Source: Haliotis rufescens
Lineage: Eukaryota
Direction: 5' to 3'
DNA: 64,000 nucleotides
Assembly: GCF_023055435.1 (NCBI RefSeq)
Contig: NW_025963913.1
Coordinates: 13,144,001-13,208,000 of the forward strand
Made by a program: the position numbers and the translations under genes. The notes below the pieces were generated by a model. The model was given only the letters and a program-made list of their open reading frames with translations, had not been told where the DNA came from and ran no database searches. Positions 13,301-28,896 of this stretch are shown here, piece after piece (positions within the stretch are counted from its first letter, which is position 1; every line of letters begins with the position of its first letter).

Positions 13301-15152
13301 GTCTGTCGGCTGTAGTTGGTATATTGTCGGCCCCGTCTGTCAGCTGTAGTTGGTGTATTGTCGGCCGTGTCTGTCGGCTGTAGTTGGTGTATTGTCGGCC
13401 CCGTCTGTCGGCTGTAGTTGGTGTATATGTCGGCCCCGTCTGTCGCCTGTAGTTGGTGTATTGTCGGCCCCGTCTGTCGCCTGTAGTTGGTGTATTGTCG
13501 GCCCCGTCTGTCGCCTGTATTTGGTATATGTCGGCCCCGTCTGTCGCCTGTAGTTGGTGTATTGTCAGCCCCGTCTGTCGGCTGTATTTGGTATATGTCG
13601 ACCCCGTCTGTGGGCTGTAGTTGGTGTATTGTCGGCCCCGTCTGTCGCCTGTAGTTGGTGTATTGTCGGCCCCGTCTGTCGCCTGTATTTGGTATATGTC
13701 GGCCCCGTCTGTCGGCTGTAGTTGGTGTATTGTCGACCACGTCTGTCGCCTGTAGTTGGTGTATTGTCGGCCACGTCTGTCAGCTGTAGTTGGTGTATTG
13801 TCGACCACGTCTGTCAGCTGTAGTTGATGTATTGTCGGCCCCGTCTGTCAGCTGTAGTTGGTGTATTAGCGGCCCCGTCTGTCGCCTGTATTTGGTATAT
13901 GTCGGCCCCGTCTGTCGCCTGTAGTTGGTGTATTGTCGGCCCCGTCTGTCGGCTGTATTTGGTATATGTCGACCCCGTCTGTCGGCTGTAGTTGGTGTAT
14001 TGTCGGCCCCGTCTGTCTCCTGTAGTTGGTGTATTGTCGGCCCCGTCTGTCGGCTGTAGTTGGTGTATTGTCGACCACGTCTGTCGCCTGTAGTTGGTGT
14101 ATTGTCGGCCCCGTCTGTCAGCTGTAGTTGGTGTATTGTCGGCCCCGTCGGTCAGCTGTAGTTGGTGTATTGTCGGCCCCGTCTGTCAGCTGTAGTTGGT
14201 GTATTGTCGGCCCCGTCTGTCAGCTGTAGTTGGTGTATTGTCGGCCCCGTCTGTCGCCTGTATTTGGTATATGTCGGCCCCGTCTGTCGCCTGTAGTTGG
14301 TGTATTGTCGGCCCCGTCTGTCGGCTGTATTTGGTATATGTCGACCCCGTCTGTCGGCTGTAGTTGGTGTATTGTCGGCCCCGTCTGTCGCCTGTAGTTG
14401 GTGTATTGTCGGCCCCGTCTGTCAGCTGTAGTTGGTGTATTGTCGACCACGTCTGTCGCCTGTAGTTGGTGTATTGTCGGCCCCGTCTGTCAGCTGTAGT
14501 TGGTGTATTGTCGGACCCGTCGGTCAGCTGTAGTTGGTGTATTGTCGGCCCCGTCTGTCAGCTGTAGTTGGTGTATTGTCGGCCCCGTCTGTCAGCTGTA
14601 GTTGGTGTATTGTCGGCCCCGTCTGTCGCCTGTATTTGGTATATGTCGGCCCCGTCTGTCGCCTGTAGTTGGTGTATTGTCGGCCCCGTCTGTCGGCTGT
14701 AGTTGGTGTATTGTCGGCCCCGTCTGTCGCCTGTAGTTGGTGTATTGTCGGCCACGACTGTCAGCTGTAGTTGGTGTATTGTCAGCCCCGTCTGTCAGCT
14801 GTAGTTGGTGTATTGTCGGCCCCGTCTGTCGGCTGTAGTTGGTGTATTGTCGGCCCCGTGTGTCAGCTGTAGTTGGTGTATTGTCGGCCACGTCTGTCAG
14901 CTGTAGTTGGTGTATTGTCAGCCCCGTCTGTCAGCTGTAGTTGGTGTATTGTCGGCCCCGTCTGTCGCCTGTAGTTGGTATATGTCGGCCACGTCTGTCA
15001 GCTGTAGTTGGTGTATTGTCGGCCCCGTCTGTCAGCTGTAGTTGGTGTATTGTCAGCCCCGTCTGTCAGCTGTAGTTGGTGTATTGTCAGCCCCGTCTGT
15101 CAGCTGTAGTTGGTGTATTGTCGGCCACGACTGTCAGCTGTAGTTGGTGTAT
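10362..15152. repeat. 34-bp minisatellite (~140 copies) with higher-order duplications
   Basis: Unit gttggtgtattgtcggccccgtctgtcagctgta. Confidence 0.97.
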
Positions 15153-15985
15153 TATCAGCAGATGTTATTCCGTCAATGGAGTGGCTAAACAGCAACTGAT
15201 GATTATTTCTGCAATTATCAATGGGCATCATGTACTATTGATTTTGCCGATTGTTGACTTCTAAATATGAAGAGCACGAATTGGCCCTTCAGTATGAGGC
15301 ATAGGAAATAGGCCACCTTGCTGTTTAACGACCTCACGAAACACTCCTAGCCTGGTGGAGCTTGATGTGAATAGTGTCTCTGGTAGTGGACCTGAGCGCC
15401 CCCGTGCACGTGCAGCTATTACCACCCGACCACAACCAACCTCGTGTGCTGCAACCGCAATGTTAACTTCTGACTGAGTTCAATATTGATATCATTTCAG
15501 AACCGACATCATCAAGTATAATACCCTACCAACGAAATGTTTCCTTTCTTTAGCTGAATGTACAGTACATATATATCCTCTGTCATTATCTGGCGTCGTA
15601 TAACACATTTTTCTGTTAAACAAACACTTACTGACACCGACAAATAAACATGGCTGGAACCTTACCCCAGCGACTGTCCCCCAGATTATCCTCAGACTAT
15701 CCCTCAGACTCGGGCCTAACCCCCAGGGAAGTCAGCTGTCCTGGATGTGAACCAAGCTATCTACCACTGATGCCATGCTGGTACTCTATGCTTGATGCTG
15801 CTGTATCTTGTTTCCAATCCGATCTCCTGGAGTCAAAAGTTGATGGAAAGACCATGACCCGACCAAACTGCTGGTCAAACCGCCGCTAAGGGAAAATATT
15901 GACGGTAATAAACACTTGCTCAGCATGGAACCGCTATGGCTATTAAAGTTACTGAAACAATATATATAATTCTTAATAGAATTAA

Positions 15986-16232
15986 TAGAATAGGTCTTTA
16001 GCAACCCATACTTGCCGTAAAAGGCGACTATGCTTGTCGTAAAAGGCGACTAACGGGATCGGGTGGTCAGGCTCACTGACTTGGTTGATACATGTCATCG
16101 ATCGCAATTGCGTGGATCGATGCTCATGATGTCAATCACTGGATTGTCTGGTCCAGACTCGATTATTTTACAGACCGCCGTCATATAGCTGGAATATTGC
16201 TGAGTGCGGCGTTAAACAACAAACAAACAAAA
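15986..16232 (+). mobile_element. SINE-like family A copy
   Basis: Near-identical to the 49931 copy; ends gcggcgttaaacaacaaacaaac. Confidence 0.87.
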
Positions 16233-19200
16233 TCTGTGGCAGCAACAGTACATTTTCGTTAAGACTGTCACCACTTTCGAAATCCCCTTTTAAAAAGCAC
16301 ATATGAATAGTTCTATAGCGTATATATTACTAGTATTCGTCAACAAACATTAAATACTTAAAATCATAATGTGACCCTCCCCCACCCTCCTCCACACACA
16401 CACACAATTTAAACAATCCTGGATCCGCCCCGTGCTATTACCAGTAGCAGTGATATAAGGTCATGGTGTGCCTGTTCGCAGACATGGACGCCCCATGTAA
16501 ACCACGTGTAAACCCAGGTTCAGGTGGAACTAAACATTGACTACTTATTTGCAGAAATAAGAAACACTGTTTCTAGAAACAGGAACACTTCTTTCACTCT
16601 CATTCAACTAACGCCTCGAGTAACAAATAATTAATGTGGAAATCGTAATGAACACTACATCTTCGCGAGGCAAGGGAATTAACTGACTGTAAATGTCCAG
16701 TTTCCACCTTTGACGAACAAGGCTCAGACTAACATCTAATCTCTGAAATGATCATATCTTACAGAAAAAAGAATTATCTCAATAACAATATAATAAAAAG
16801 GAGCCCCGGGACTCTCTTCATTTTCAGATACTTCAGTAATCTAAATTTGCCAAACATTATAGACTTGCATGGGCTGTATTGGATATAAAGCGCTCGGTTC
16901 CAAATTGAAATAAGAGGTATCTACTCAACAGTGGGACTACATCAAATTTCAAAACTCAGTAGGTTTATCTCCTAAATGACAGAACCAAATAATGAAATGA
17001 AATTACCACATCCGGCTAACGAGTTCAGATAGAGAATTACCTCTGACTTTTATTCAAGACAGCTATCTGGTTGAGTGCCTCTAAACTCTCCGATGATGAC
17101 ACTGTAAAAAAGATATTGATATCGTGTAAAAATCCCAAAATTCAATTCAAAAGACAATTTTGTTTTACCACTCTGACATATGATAATTAAAACCTCTTTT
17201 TTGGACTACTCGTACCTTTTATCAAAATCTACACCCGAAGAAAAATGTGTGTAAGGGTTCCAGTCGTATTCATTTTCAGTATGTTTTTTCAGTAATGAGA
17301 TGCAGAAAGATCCCTTTAAAAGTGAATTGCGCGCTTGCTGAATTCTGATATAAACTTGCATACTCAATCATGTTCCACAAATATTGTCCTTTTTTTCTCC
17401 ACCTTGTGAAAACTGACAAATGTAATCTGAAATCAAATCACTTTTGTAGATTTCGATCGATGTGAATTTGCGTCCTTAGTGAAAATTTATAGCTGAAAGT
17501 CGTATTTGTATGTTTATGGGTCAAGTATGATCACACATCTCTACACTAGACCGACTTCTCAGTCACGTGGGGCTTGTCTGAGTCATTCGGCGTTTCGGGA
17601 CGTTAGGAGTTCGGTCCATCTTTGCTTTAAGAATACTGAAGATAAACCCCCGCCATCTTTACATGCTAATCGATAATGTGCCAATTGCAATGTTGCATGA
17701 CTCATTCAAGTTGAGCGATACTTTCCGGACCGTTTGATCGAATAATAACATAATTAGACAAGCGGGGTAAAAGTTTCTTGATTTATCAATATCAGCGTGG
17801 TTCCACGAAGTCGGTCTCTGACATACAGAAGTCAGGAATTGTCATAATTCTTGGTCGCAAAACGCCGGCTCTGGATGCCCAACCTTGGCGCCATCATGGC
17901 TGTTCGACTGCTTGATGTTGGATTCAGGAATAACAAATATATTGGAACTTTCATGTTTGTATAAATAACTAAATTGGCAAATATAAATACAATGTATCTC
18001 AGACAAGGGTCGGCTTCGTTTAGTTTGATTCGCGTTTTCCCCAAATATCCCAGATTTAACGATGGTTTTAGTGGTATGTAGTATTCCCCTTTGAATTTCA
18101 AAATTATCAATTGAATAGAATGTCTCGTATGTTGATTTGCCCATCTGTAGTATTAAGAAATATACAATTTGCCAAATATCATTATAACGACACCAATACA
18201 TATTTTGAAAAAAACAATGTTGCGTCTATATAAAGTTAACCAGTGTAACCTTATATTGTGCCTTCAGGAAACAGATTTCAGACGGAATATCTCTGTGTAA
18301 CTAACCAATCCCAGGGTGCAATACACCCAACGTCAGCATGGAACCTTAAATCCACAGGCATCTATATATCGGGAGTTTTTAGTCCTTTTTATGTGCCTAA
18401 GCATCTTTCCTCCACGAATCGTGTTTCGAAGGAAAATGCGTAAGAATAGCCTTGCTCCAAGGCTGTAATGCATGAAATCCATGGGTGTATAGTTATTTTA
18501 TCCTCATAATAGGCGAGTCTAGATAAGCGGTCTAAGGACGCCAGGCTTTTATAGGGGCAACCTGTTCTTAGTATTTATATAATCTAGAAATTATGATTGA
18601 AACTTATCATTATTACCTCAGAGGTGCAGATTGTAATGCTGGACATGAGCTGTGCCCTGGTCAGGCCTGTCCACTGGCTGTAGTTTCCTCTCTGGACGTC
18701 TGCAATGACCCCGACGGAGGTTAGATGACCATCGTACTTATCGGTTTAAATGGCACTAGATCCACATCGAGGTTGGAGCAATTACATTCATATTTACAAA
18801 TCCTGAAGGGCATTGGTTTATACTGATTACCATAATATGACCGTTTTCATATTGATTGCAGTGACATGATAATATGATGCGGTCAATCGGGAATTAATCA
18901 TTCTCATCATGTCTATGTATGACTGCGTATTAAGTGAACTTACATAATGATTGAACCATTTCGATCCGTGAGAGTAAACTTGTATTTCGATATAGATGTG
19001 CAATGGCTGTGCAATGTAATGGGCGATGATTCACTAATTCGCCTGCATCAGTTATTTTGCGGTCTCTGCTTGCAAATAGGCTGAGGTGTGGTAGTGGTGG
19101 CGGCCATGTTGTTTTGGTCAGCATTCTCTTCTTTCTCAGGCATTTTTTGTATTTTCAACTCCGGATACAACGGACTCCAGGGGACCACCACTCACACTAA

Positions 19201-20353
19201 CTATGGCGTTGACGGTGCGTGTGGTACATCACCAGTCAGTACTCCAGCACCAGCTAATACACAGTTTGCTGCCGATTTAGAGCGCAAACTAAATACTGAT
19301 TAATTAAGTGCAGCTGCAAACCCTGCGGGAAACCTGAGATACGGTCTGCCATCGTGCCACTGTGAGTTGTTGCGCATGCTATCAATCACTGGCCCAGACC
19401 CGACTATTTACAGCCCGCCAATATATATAGAGGATAGTGTGTCTTTTCCTGTCAAATAATATTAATATCTCATCTCGTGATCTGCAAACTTGATATTTTC
19501 GTGACTGGAGCAGGTATGAGTGAAAATGGCAACTGAGATCATGACGAGATGAGCTACTAGTATCCATGTTTTCGGACAAGAAGATGACATATGTGATGTA
19601 CTGTTCTGCGTGCTTGCGTGGCTGTGTGAATGTGTGTATGACATTTGATTTGGTTGCTCCCTTTGGTAACGAGGCATTTCAGCTTCATAAAGCTTTATTG
19701 GTTCATCGCAACGGCATTCCATCCTGTACGTCCTTTAAAGTAATAGTTTCACAAAAACGGTATAACATTTGGTGCTAATTAATTACTCCCACTTTTCCGA
19801 TTCATTTATTATCATTTTCCTCGACGTAATTATGTTAAAAATGTTGCAATTGACCTGACGGACCTGACGGAACCCGCGACCTTTGCTGTGCTCTAGGTAC
19901 TGTCGAACCCAGAGAACTAAACATTGAACACTGGCTGGAAGCCTTTACAGCTTGTACAAGAGAACTGATGTAATCTGCGTCATTGATTCGACTTAATAGA
20001 TTAGACAAACAGCTTGAATTATTTGAGGTTAGGAGGCGGTTTTATCAGCCGAAGTTCAGTTGTATAAATATTTCACTTCTCCCTGCGGGTTACGTAGATT
20101 GATGAGGTCGGACACGGTAACGCTAAGGAAGGATGTCCGACACTCACACTTAAAGGTGGAGTTTCTATTGAAGACAACTGGTTGTGAAGAGTGGACAATG
20201 TTGGGAACGCGGGAACACTGGCTATGCCTGATCCTCACGTGTAACTTGATCAAAAATATGTCAGTTATAGACATGGAGCTGTGTGTTGGAAGTACATCAT
20301 ATACATCTCATAACACCATCGCGATGACCACAACGTTTACTTTGTCCAGAACG

Positions 20354-22820
20354 TAGATGTAGGCTGCTGTGTGTTGGGTTTGTTCCACACAGACCACCGT
20401 ATCCTAGGTGTAGACTGCTGTGTGTTAGGTCTGTGCCACACACCGTATCCTAGGTGTAGACTGCTGTGTGTTGGGTATTTGCCACACACCGTATCCTAGG
20501 TGTAGACTGCTGTGTGTTGGGTATTTGCCACACACCGTATCCTAGGTGTAGACTGCTGCGTGTTGGGTATTTGCCACACACCGTATCCTAGGTGTAGACT
20601 GCTGTGTGTTGGGTCTGTGCCACACAGACCACCGTATCCCAGGTGTAGACTGCTGTGTGTTGGGTCTGTGCCACACAGACCACCGTATCCTAGGTGTAGA
20701 CTGCTGTGTGTTTGGTCTGTGCCACACACCGTATCCTAGGTGTAGACTGCTGTGTGTTGGGTCTGTGCCACACAGAACTCCGTATCCTAGGTGTAGACTG
20801 CTGTGTGTTGGGTCTGTGCCACACACCGTATCCTAGGTGTAGACTGCTGTGTGTTGGGTTTGTGCCACACAGACCACCGTATCCTAGGTGTAGACTGCTG
20901 TGTGTTAGGTCTTTGCAACACACCGTATCCTAGGTGTAGACTGCTGTGTGTTGGGTATTTGCCACACACCGTATCCTAGGTGTAGACTGCTGTGTGTTGG
21001 GTCTGTGCCACACACCGTATCCTAGGTGTAGACTGGTGTGTGTTGGGTCTGTGCCACACACCGTATCCTAGGTGTAGACTGCTGTGTGTTGGGTCTGTAC
21101 CACACAGACCACCGTATCCTAGGTGTAGACTGCTGTGTGTTGGGTCTGTACCACACAGACCACCGTATCCTAGGTGTAGACTGCTGCGTGTTGGGTCTGT
21201 ACCACACAGACCACCGTACCCTAGGTGTAGACTGCAGTGTGTTGGGTCTGTACCACACAGACCACCGTATCCTAGGTGTAGACTGCTGTGTGTTGGGTCT
21301 TTGCCACACACCGTATCCTAGGTGTAGACTGCTGTCTGTTGGGTCTGTGCCACACAGACCACCGTATCCTAGGTGTAGACTGCTGCGTGTTGGGTCTGTA
21401 GCACACAGACCACCGTATCCTAGGTGTAGACTGCTGCGTGTTGGGTCTGTACCACACAGACCACCGTATCCTAGGTGTAGACTGCTGTGTGTTGGGTCTG
21501 TGTCACACACCGTATCCTGGATGTAGACTGCTGTGTGTTAGGTCTGTGCCACACACCGTATCCTGGATGTAGACTGCTGTCTGTTGGGTCTGTGCCACAC
21601 AGACCCCGTATCCTAGGTGTAGACTGCTGCGTGTTGGGTCTGTACCACACAGACCACCGTATCCTAGGTGTAGACTGCTGCGTGTTGGGTCTGTACCACA
21701 CAGACCACCGTACCCTAGGTGTAGACTGCTGTGTGTTGGGTCTTTGCCACACACCGTATCCTAGGTGTAGACTGCTGCATGTTGGGTCTGTGCCACACAG
21801 ACCACCGTATCCTAGGTGTAGACTGCTGTGTGTTTGGTCTGTAGCACACAGACCACCGTATCCTAGGTGTAGACTGCTGTGTGTTGGGTCTGTGCCACAC
21901 AGACCACCGTATCCTAGGTGTAGACTGCTGCGTGTTGGGTCTGTACCACACAGACCACCGTATCCTAGGTGTAGACTGCTGCGTGTTGGGTCTGTACCAC
22001 ACAGACCACCGTATCCTAGGTGTAGACTGCTGTGTGTTGGGTCTTTGCCACACACCGTATCCTAGGTGTAGACTGCTGCGTGTTGGGTCTGTGCCACACA
22101 GACCACCGTATCCTAGGTGTAGACTGCTGCGTGTTGGGTCTGTAGCACACAGACCACCGTATCCTAGGTGTAGACTGCTGCGTGTTGGGTCTGTACCACA
22201 CAGACCACCGTATCCTAGGTGTAGACTGCTGTGTGTTGGGTCTGTGCCACACACCGTATCCTAGATGTAGACTGCTGTGTGTTCGGTCTGTGCCACACAC
22301 CGTATCCTAGGTGTAGACTGCTGTATGTTGGGTCTGTGCCACACACCGTATCCTAGATGTAGACTGCTGCGTGTTGGGTATTTGCCACACACCGTATCCT
22401 AGATGTAGACTGCTGTGTGTTCGGTCTGTGCCACACACCGTATCCTAGATGTAGACTGCTGCGTGTTGGGTATTTGCCACACACCGTATCCTAGATGTAG
22501 ACTGCTGTGTGTTCGGTCTGTGCCACACACCGTATCCTAGATGTAGACTGCTGCGTGTTGGGTATTTGCCACACACCGTATCCTAGGTGTAGACTGTTGT
22601 TTGTTGGGTCTGTGCCACAAACCGTATCCTAGATGTAGACTGCTGCGTGTTGGGTATTTGCCACACAGAACTCCGTATCCTAGGTGTAGACTGCTGTGTG
22701 TTGGGTCTGTGCCACAAATCGTATCCTAGATGTAGACTGCTGCGTGTTGGGTATTTGCCACACACCGTATCCTAGATGTAGACAGTTGTGTGTTGGGTCT
22801 GTGCCACACAGACCACCGTA
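20354..22820. repeat. 46/53-bp minisatellite
   Basis: Unit gtatcctaggtgtagactgctgtgtgttgggtctgtgccacac(agaccac/ac)c, two length classes differing by 7 bp. Confidence 0.96.
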
Positions 22821-24008
22821 TTGGTATCTGGCCAGTCGCTACGTAATTGATCGTAAGGGGATCGCATATAAGACATAAGTATTAAGTCTTTCTGTACATC
22901 GTGTGGAGATTGATGGCGTCGACCAAGACTGTCACCGTGGTTTCCGAGTCCCGTGAGTCGACGCCACCCCGACCCTGTCTTTCTCTTTCATACCAGCTCA
23001 AACATACAGTTTTATACATGATAATGAACGCATTTACAAACGTACGTACTACATTCTGATTGGACAATACAAGCAATGAATATTTATGACGTTTATGCTT
23101 ATGTATCTATAATTATGCTTGGACTTAACATGCATGAGAGGTGGCATGTCGCTTGGGGCGTCAGTCAACAATCTTTGATTACAGATAACAGACACCGTCA
23201 CAAAGGATGGACAGGCCAAGCTGCGACACTTAATTATCTAATAGAACCTTATTTCTGTGATGTCAGTACGCAAACTGTGCCAGACGATAAGGTTTTACGT
23301 TTAGGATTTAACTTCTAACTTTGAATGTGTATGCACATTGTAAACATATATACATAAAACGTAGCTGTATGGCAGCATCCTAGATATAGACTGCTGTATG
23401 TTGTGTTTAGTGAGTGCTAAGCACTGAACATCAATAGCCTGAACACTTGACACAGAGATACGTCTTACCATGCTGTTATTCATACTTCTTAATTGAATAG
23501 TTGCCTGTGGCGAATAATTTGTTATGAGGCAACAACGAATTGATAATGTTCTTCGGATTTAAAGAACGATCATTTAATATGTGACCAATGTACACCCATA
23601 TATGTGCCAAGCATCTGTATAGTATTATCATATTAAACCACAGATCTTTCTCATCTGTAGCACATTAACCCGCATTAACAACCTCATCGGCTACGTCACA
23701 CGGAATTACACAAACGGTCTGTATTGGTTCGATGTGGAGGTGTAACGAGTCCATTACAATCAACTACTGCCGAACTTTATCTGAACATGAACCAATCTGA
23801 TTGTAGGATCCAGTTCAGAGATAAACCACAGGTTCCCGAAATAAATGGTATGTTGGTTGGTTAACGTACTCCCCGGCCCTGATTACATGACTGATATTGC
23901 TGGGAGCACGAGATCTCCTACTTGACCCACCATAGATGGATACACTTGGTATGATGAGAATGATGTTATACCCTAGCTATATACTTAATAGTTGTGCAGA
24001 CAGCCTTT

Positions 24009-27000
24009 TGACAACACTTCAGACAATGCAGATATAGACATGACAACGCTCCAGACAATGCAGACAGAGACATGACAACGCTCCAGGCAATGCAGACACC
24101 GACATGACAACACTCAGACAATGCAGACAGACATGACAACACTCCAGACAATGCAGACAGACATGACAACGCTCCAGACAATGCAGACATGGACATGACA
24201 ACACTCAGACAATGCAGACAGACATGACAACACTCCAGACAATGCAGACAGACATGACAACGCTCAAGACAATGCAGACATGGACATGACAAAACTCAGA
24301 CAATGCAGACAGACATGACAACGCTCCAGACAATGCAGACAGACATGACAACACTCCAGACAATGCAGACATGGACATCACAACACTCCAGACAGACATG
24401 ACAACACTCCAGACAATGCAGACAGACATGACAACACTCCAGACAATGCAGACAGACACGACAACACTCCAGACAATGCAGACATGGACATGACAACACT
24501 CCAGACAATGCAGACATGGACATGATAACACTCCAGACAATGCAGACAGACATGACAACACTCCAGACAATGCAGACATGGACATGACAACACTCCAGAC
24601 AATGCAGACAGACATGACAACACTCCAGACAATGCAGACATGGACATGACAACACCCCAGACAATGCAGACAGACATGACAACACTCCAGACAATGCAGA
24701 CATGGACATGACAACACCCCAGACAATGCAGACAGACATGACAACACTCCAGACAATGCAGACATGGACATGACAACACTCCAGACAATGCAGACAGACA
24801 TGACAACACTCCAGACAATGCAGACATGGACATGACAACACTCCAGACAATGCAGACATGGACATGACAACACCCCAGACAATGCAGACAGACATGACAA
24901 CACTCCAGACAATGCAGACATGGACATGACAACACTCCAGACAATGCAGACATAGATGACAACACTCCAGACAATGCAGACAGACATGACAACACTCCAA
25001 ACAATGCAGACATGGACATGACAACACTCCAGACAATGCAGACAGACATGACAACACTCCAGACAATGCAGACAGACACGACAACACTCCAAACAATGCA
25101 GACATGGACATGACAACACTCCAGACAATGCAGACAGACATGACAACACTCCAGACAATGCAGACAGACACGACAACACTTCAGACAATGCAGACACCGA
25201 CATGACAAAACTCCAGACAATGCAGACAGACACGACAATACTCCAGACAATGCAGACAGACATGACAACACTCCAGACAATGCAGACATGGACATGACAA
25301 CACTCCAGACAATGCAGACAGACACGACAACACTCCAGACAATGCAGACATGGACATGACAACACCCCAGACAATGCAGACATGGACATGACAACACTCC
25401 AGACAATGCAGACATGGACATGACAACACCCCAGACAATGCAGACAGACATGACAACACTCCAGACAATGCAGACATGGACATGACAACACTCCAGACAA
25501 TGCAGGCAGACATGACAACACTCCAGACAATGCAGACAGACATGACAACACTCCAGACAATGCAGACAGACATGACAACACTCCAGACAATGCAGACATG
25601 GACATGACAACACTCCAGACAATGCAGGCAGACATGACAACACTCCAGACAATGCAGACAGACATGACAACGCTCCAGACAATGCAGACAGACATGACAA
25701 CACTCCAGACAATGCAGACATGGACATGACAACACTCCAGACAATGCAGACAGACATGACAACACTCCAGACAATGCAGACATGGACATGACAACACTCC
25801 AGACAATGCAGACATGGACATGACAACACCCCAGACAATGCAGACAGACATGACAACACTCCAGACAATGCAGACATGGACATGACAACGCTCCAGACAA
25901 TGCAGACATAGATGACAACACTCCAGACAATGCAGACAGACATGACAACACTCCAAACAATGCAGACATGGACATGACAACACTCCAGACAATGCAGACA
26001 GACATGACAACACTCCAGACAATGCAGACAGACACGACAACACTCCAAACAATGCAGACATGGACATGACAACACTCCAGACAATGCAGACAGACATGAC
26101 AACACTCCAGACAATGCAGACAGACACGACAACACTCCAGACAATGCAGACACCGACATGACAAAACTCAAGACAAAGCAGACAGACACGACAAAACTCC
26201 AGACAATGCAGACACCGACATGACAACACTCCAGACAATGCAGACATGGACATGACAACACTCCAGACAATGCAGACAGACACGACAACACTCCAGACAA
26301 TGCAGACATAGACATGACAACACCCCAGACAATGCAGACATGGACATGACAACACTCCAGACAATGCAGACATGGACATGACAACACCCCAGACAATGCA
26401 GACAGACATGACAACACTCCAGACAATGCAGACATGGACATGACAACACTCCAGACAATGCAGGCAGACATGACAACACTCCAGACAATGCAGACAGACA
26501 TGACAACACTCCAGACAATGCAGACAGACATGACAAAACTCCAGACAATGCAGACATGGACATGACAACACTCCAGACAATGCAGGCAGACATGACAACA
26601 CTCCAGACAATGCAGACAGACATGACAACACTCCAGACAATGCAGACAGACATGACAACACTCCAGACAATGCAGACATGGACATGACAACACTCCAGAC
26701 AATGCAGGCAGACATGACAACACTCCAGACAATGCAGACAGACATGACAACACTCCAGACAATGCAGATATGGGCATGACAACACTCCAGACAATGCAGA
26801 CAGACATGACAACACTCCAGACAATGCAGACATGGACATGACAACGCTCCAGACAATGCAGACACCGACATGACAACACTCCAGACAATGCAGGCAGACA
26901 TGACAACACTCCAGACAATGCAGGCAGACATGACAACGCTCCAGACAATGCAGGCACCGACATGACAACACCCCAGACAATGCAGACAGACATGACAACA

Positions 27001-27148
27001 CTCCAAACAATGCAGACAGACATGACAACACTCCAGACAATGCAGACAGACATGACAACGCTCCAGACAATGCAGACAGACATGACAACACTCCAGACAA
27101 TGCTGACAGACATGACAACACTCCAGACAATGGATGACAACACTCAGA
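24009..27148. repeat. 30/32-bp minisatellite (~100 copies)
   Basis: Unit gacatgacaacactccagacaatgcagaca(tg). Confidence 0.96.
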
Positions 27149-28031
27149 GTTCCTGCAATGGCGACATACCTAAGACTCCAAAACAACTCCCAAAAGTAAA
27201 AAATAACCACGTAGAACAATCCACGCAACTAAACGGACATGATCTGGGAGCCCTCCGATATATGGCCACATGTAAACTTCATGCTGTAGATTTAATAATT
27301 GAATTCACTATTTTGTGCGTTTTTTGGAGGTAAAAACCTGTGTCCATATTGTGCACGTCGGTCTTACGTTGATAATTCTAAAAAAAACAAACCTTTGCTG
27401 AAGTCACTCCTTATTAATAAATATGTCAACAGTAATAACTTCACAGACTGCTTATTTAATCAGTAACAACAAAAAAATGAAGCCACTGAAACGAACTCAA
27501 TGACATCGATCAGCACAATAATGCGGCACAAGCCCCGCGCATCAACCAATCAGAAGGCAACAACATGTTAGTACGCGTGGCCTCTGTTTTAGGTTTATAA
27601 ACTCAAAAGACATTGCTTGGTGAGCCAATCAAATAGCACGGACTCACGTGTGATGTATTTACACAGATCTGCATGGGGATCTGTTATTGTGTTGTTGAAT
27701 AGCAGTTTGGTATGACTAGATCATGTACTGTTATGTTTGTGCACCAATAACAATGTTATACTGCGCGCGTGTAGGTTGAGTCGTTAAAGATGGATGAAAT
27801 GGTAAATGTACTGATTGATAGGTAGTGAAATTGTGCTTGTTAATGGATAGATGGATATGTTTTTGGAACGAGGGGTAGACATAAAGCGAAGTGATGGATA
27901 TATAGATAGTGTCTGTATTAACTGTTTGATTTGCATTCTAGAAGTTGGTGAGTAAGTAAGAAAACGTACAATTTTATGGATCTACATCGAAGAGTCGCTA
28001 TATGCAATAAACAAGAACTTGTTATCCATAA

Positions 28032-28312
28032 GACCGCCTCCGTGGTCTAGTGGTAGAGCGTCCGCCCGGAGTGCGGAAGGTCCCGGATTCGATCCCCGTC
28101 CGCGTCATACCAAAAGACGTCAAAAGATTAGACTTGTTGTTAACCTGCCTGGTACTCGACATTATGGGGCTAAAACAAGGACTGTTTAGTATATCGGAGT
28201 CAGTATACTGTGTCTGAGTGGGGTATTCATGTTAAACTGCGGCATGGTCTCTGAGTGGGCTAGCACTATAAAATCGGCATTATTCCGGACTAGTACAAGC
28301 AGCCACACACAC
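28032..28312 (+). mobile_element. tRNA-derived SINE family B (body resembles V-domain SINEs)
   Basis: A box tggtctagtgg, B box attcgatccc, then a non-tRNA body (cataccaaaagacg...cctgcctgg) shared with 34002-34350. The V-SINE likeness is from recall and unverified. Confidence 0.85.
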
Positions 28313-28896
28313 AACTACGCCCCCGATAACCAACCCTCCCTCACCCTCCCACTCACGTGTTATTCAAAAAATTGTAGTGTCTGTTTCGCTGATGACACCT
28401 CACACAGACAAACCCCTTGTACTAATATTACTACGACTTCAACTGTTTCTCCACTTCCCTTTTTACATGTCGTTAATCATTTGCTGTGTATTTCTCGCAG
28501 ATTTAGCTTTTGGATATTTACAGGTTCCATTCACAAGGCTGCAATTCCCATTTCTGCTGGATCACTGCCCAGTCGGCGTGTGTTCAGGCAGTCGCTGTGG
28601 CCCACGTGGAGGCAGCTGGCTGCTGCTGCTGCCGGCAACCCGAGGCACTGTTGTTGATACAGTTGCGCATTACCTCCACGGTGAAGTTGGCAAAATCCTC
28701 ATTTGTGTTTTCGCAGAAACCCCAAAGGGTTTTCCCTCCCAGACTGTGAGTGTGTGTTCGGACATTTCACTAATTACTATTTGAGCCATCCACCTATCTA
28801 CTGTGTTTATGAGGTATGTTTTCTGGTCACGGTTGCAATTGTAAACATGGTAACCTCCTCGGGAAAAGCGTCTTTCTTGATTTGTCATTAAAATAA

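Noticed and set aside
24205-27228. 1007-aa and 921-aa Cys/His-rich minus-strand ORFs (CxxCH-like repeats resembling multiheme cytochrome or metallothionein)
   Set aside because: All three minus frames are open because the 30/32-bp unit lacks stops. Mixed unit lengths shift frame constantly, which is incompatible with coding selection.
28032-28105. tRNA genes at 28032, 34002 and 51963
   Set aside because: tRNA-like heads run into shared repeat bodies and simple-repeat tails and lack a proper acceptor stem; these are SINEs.
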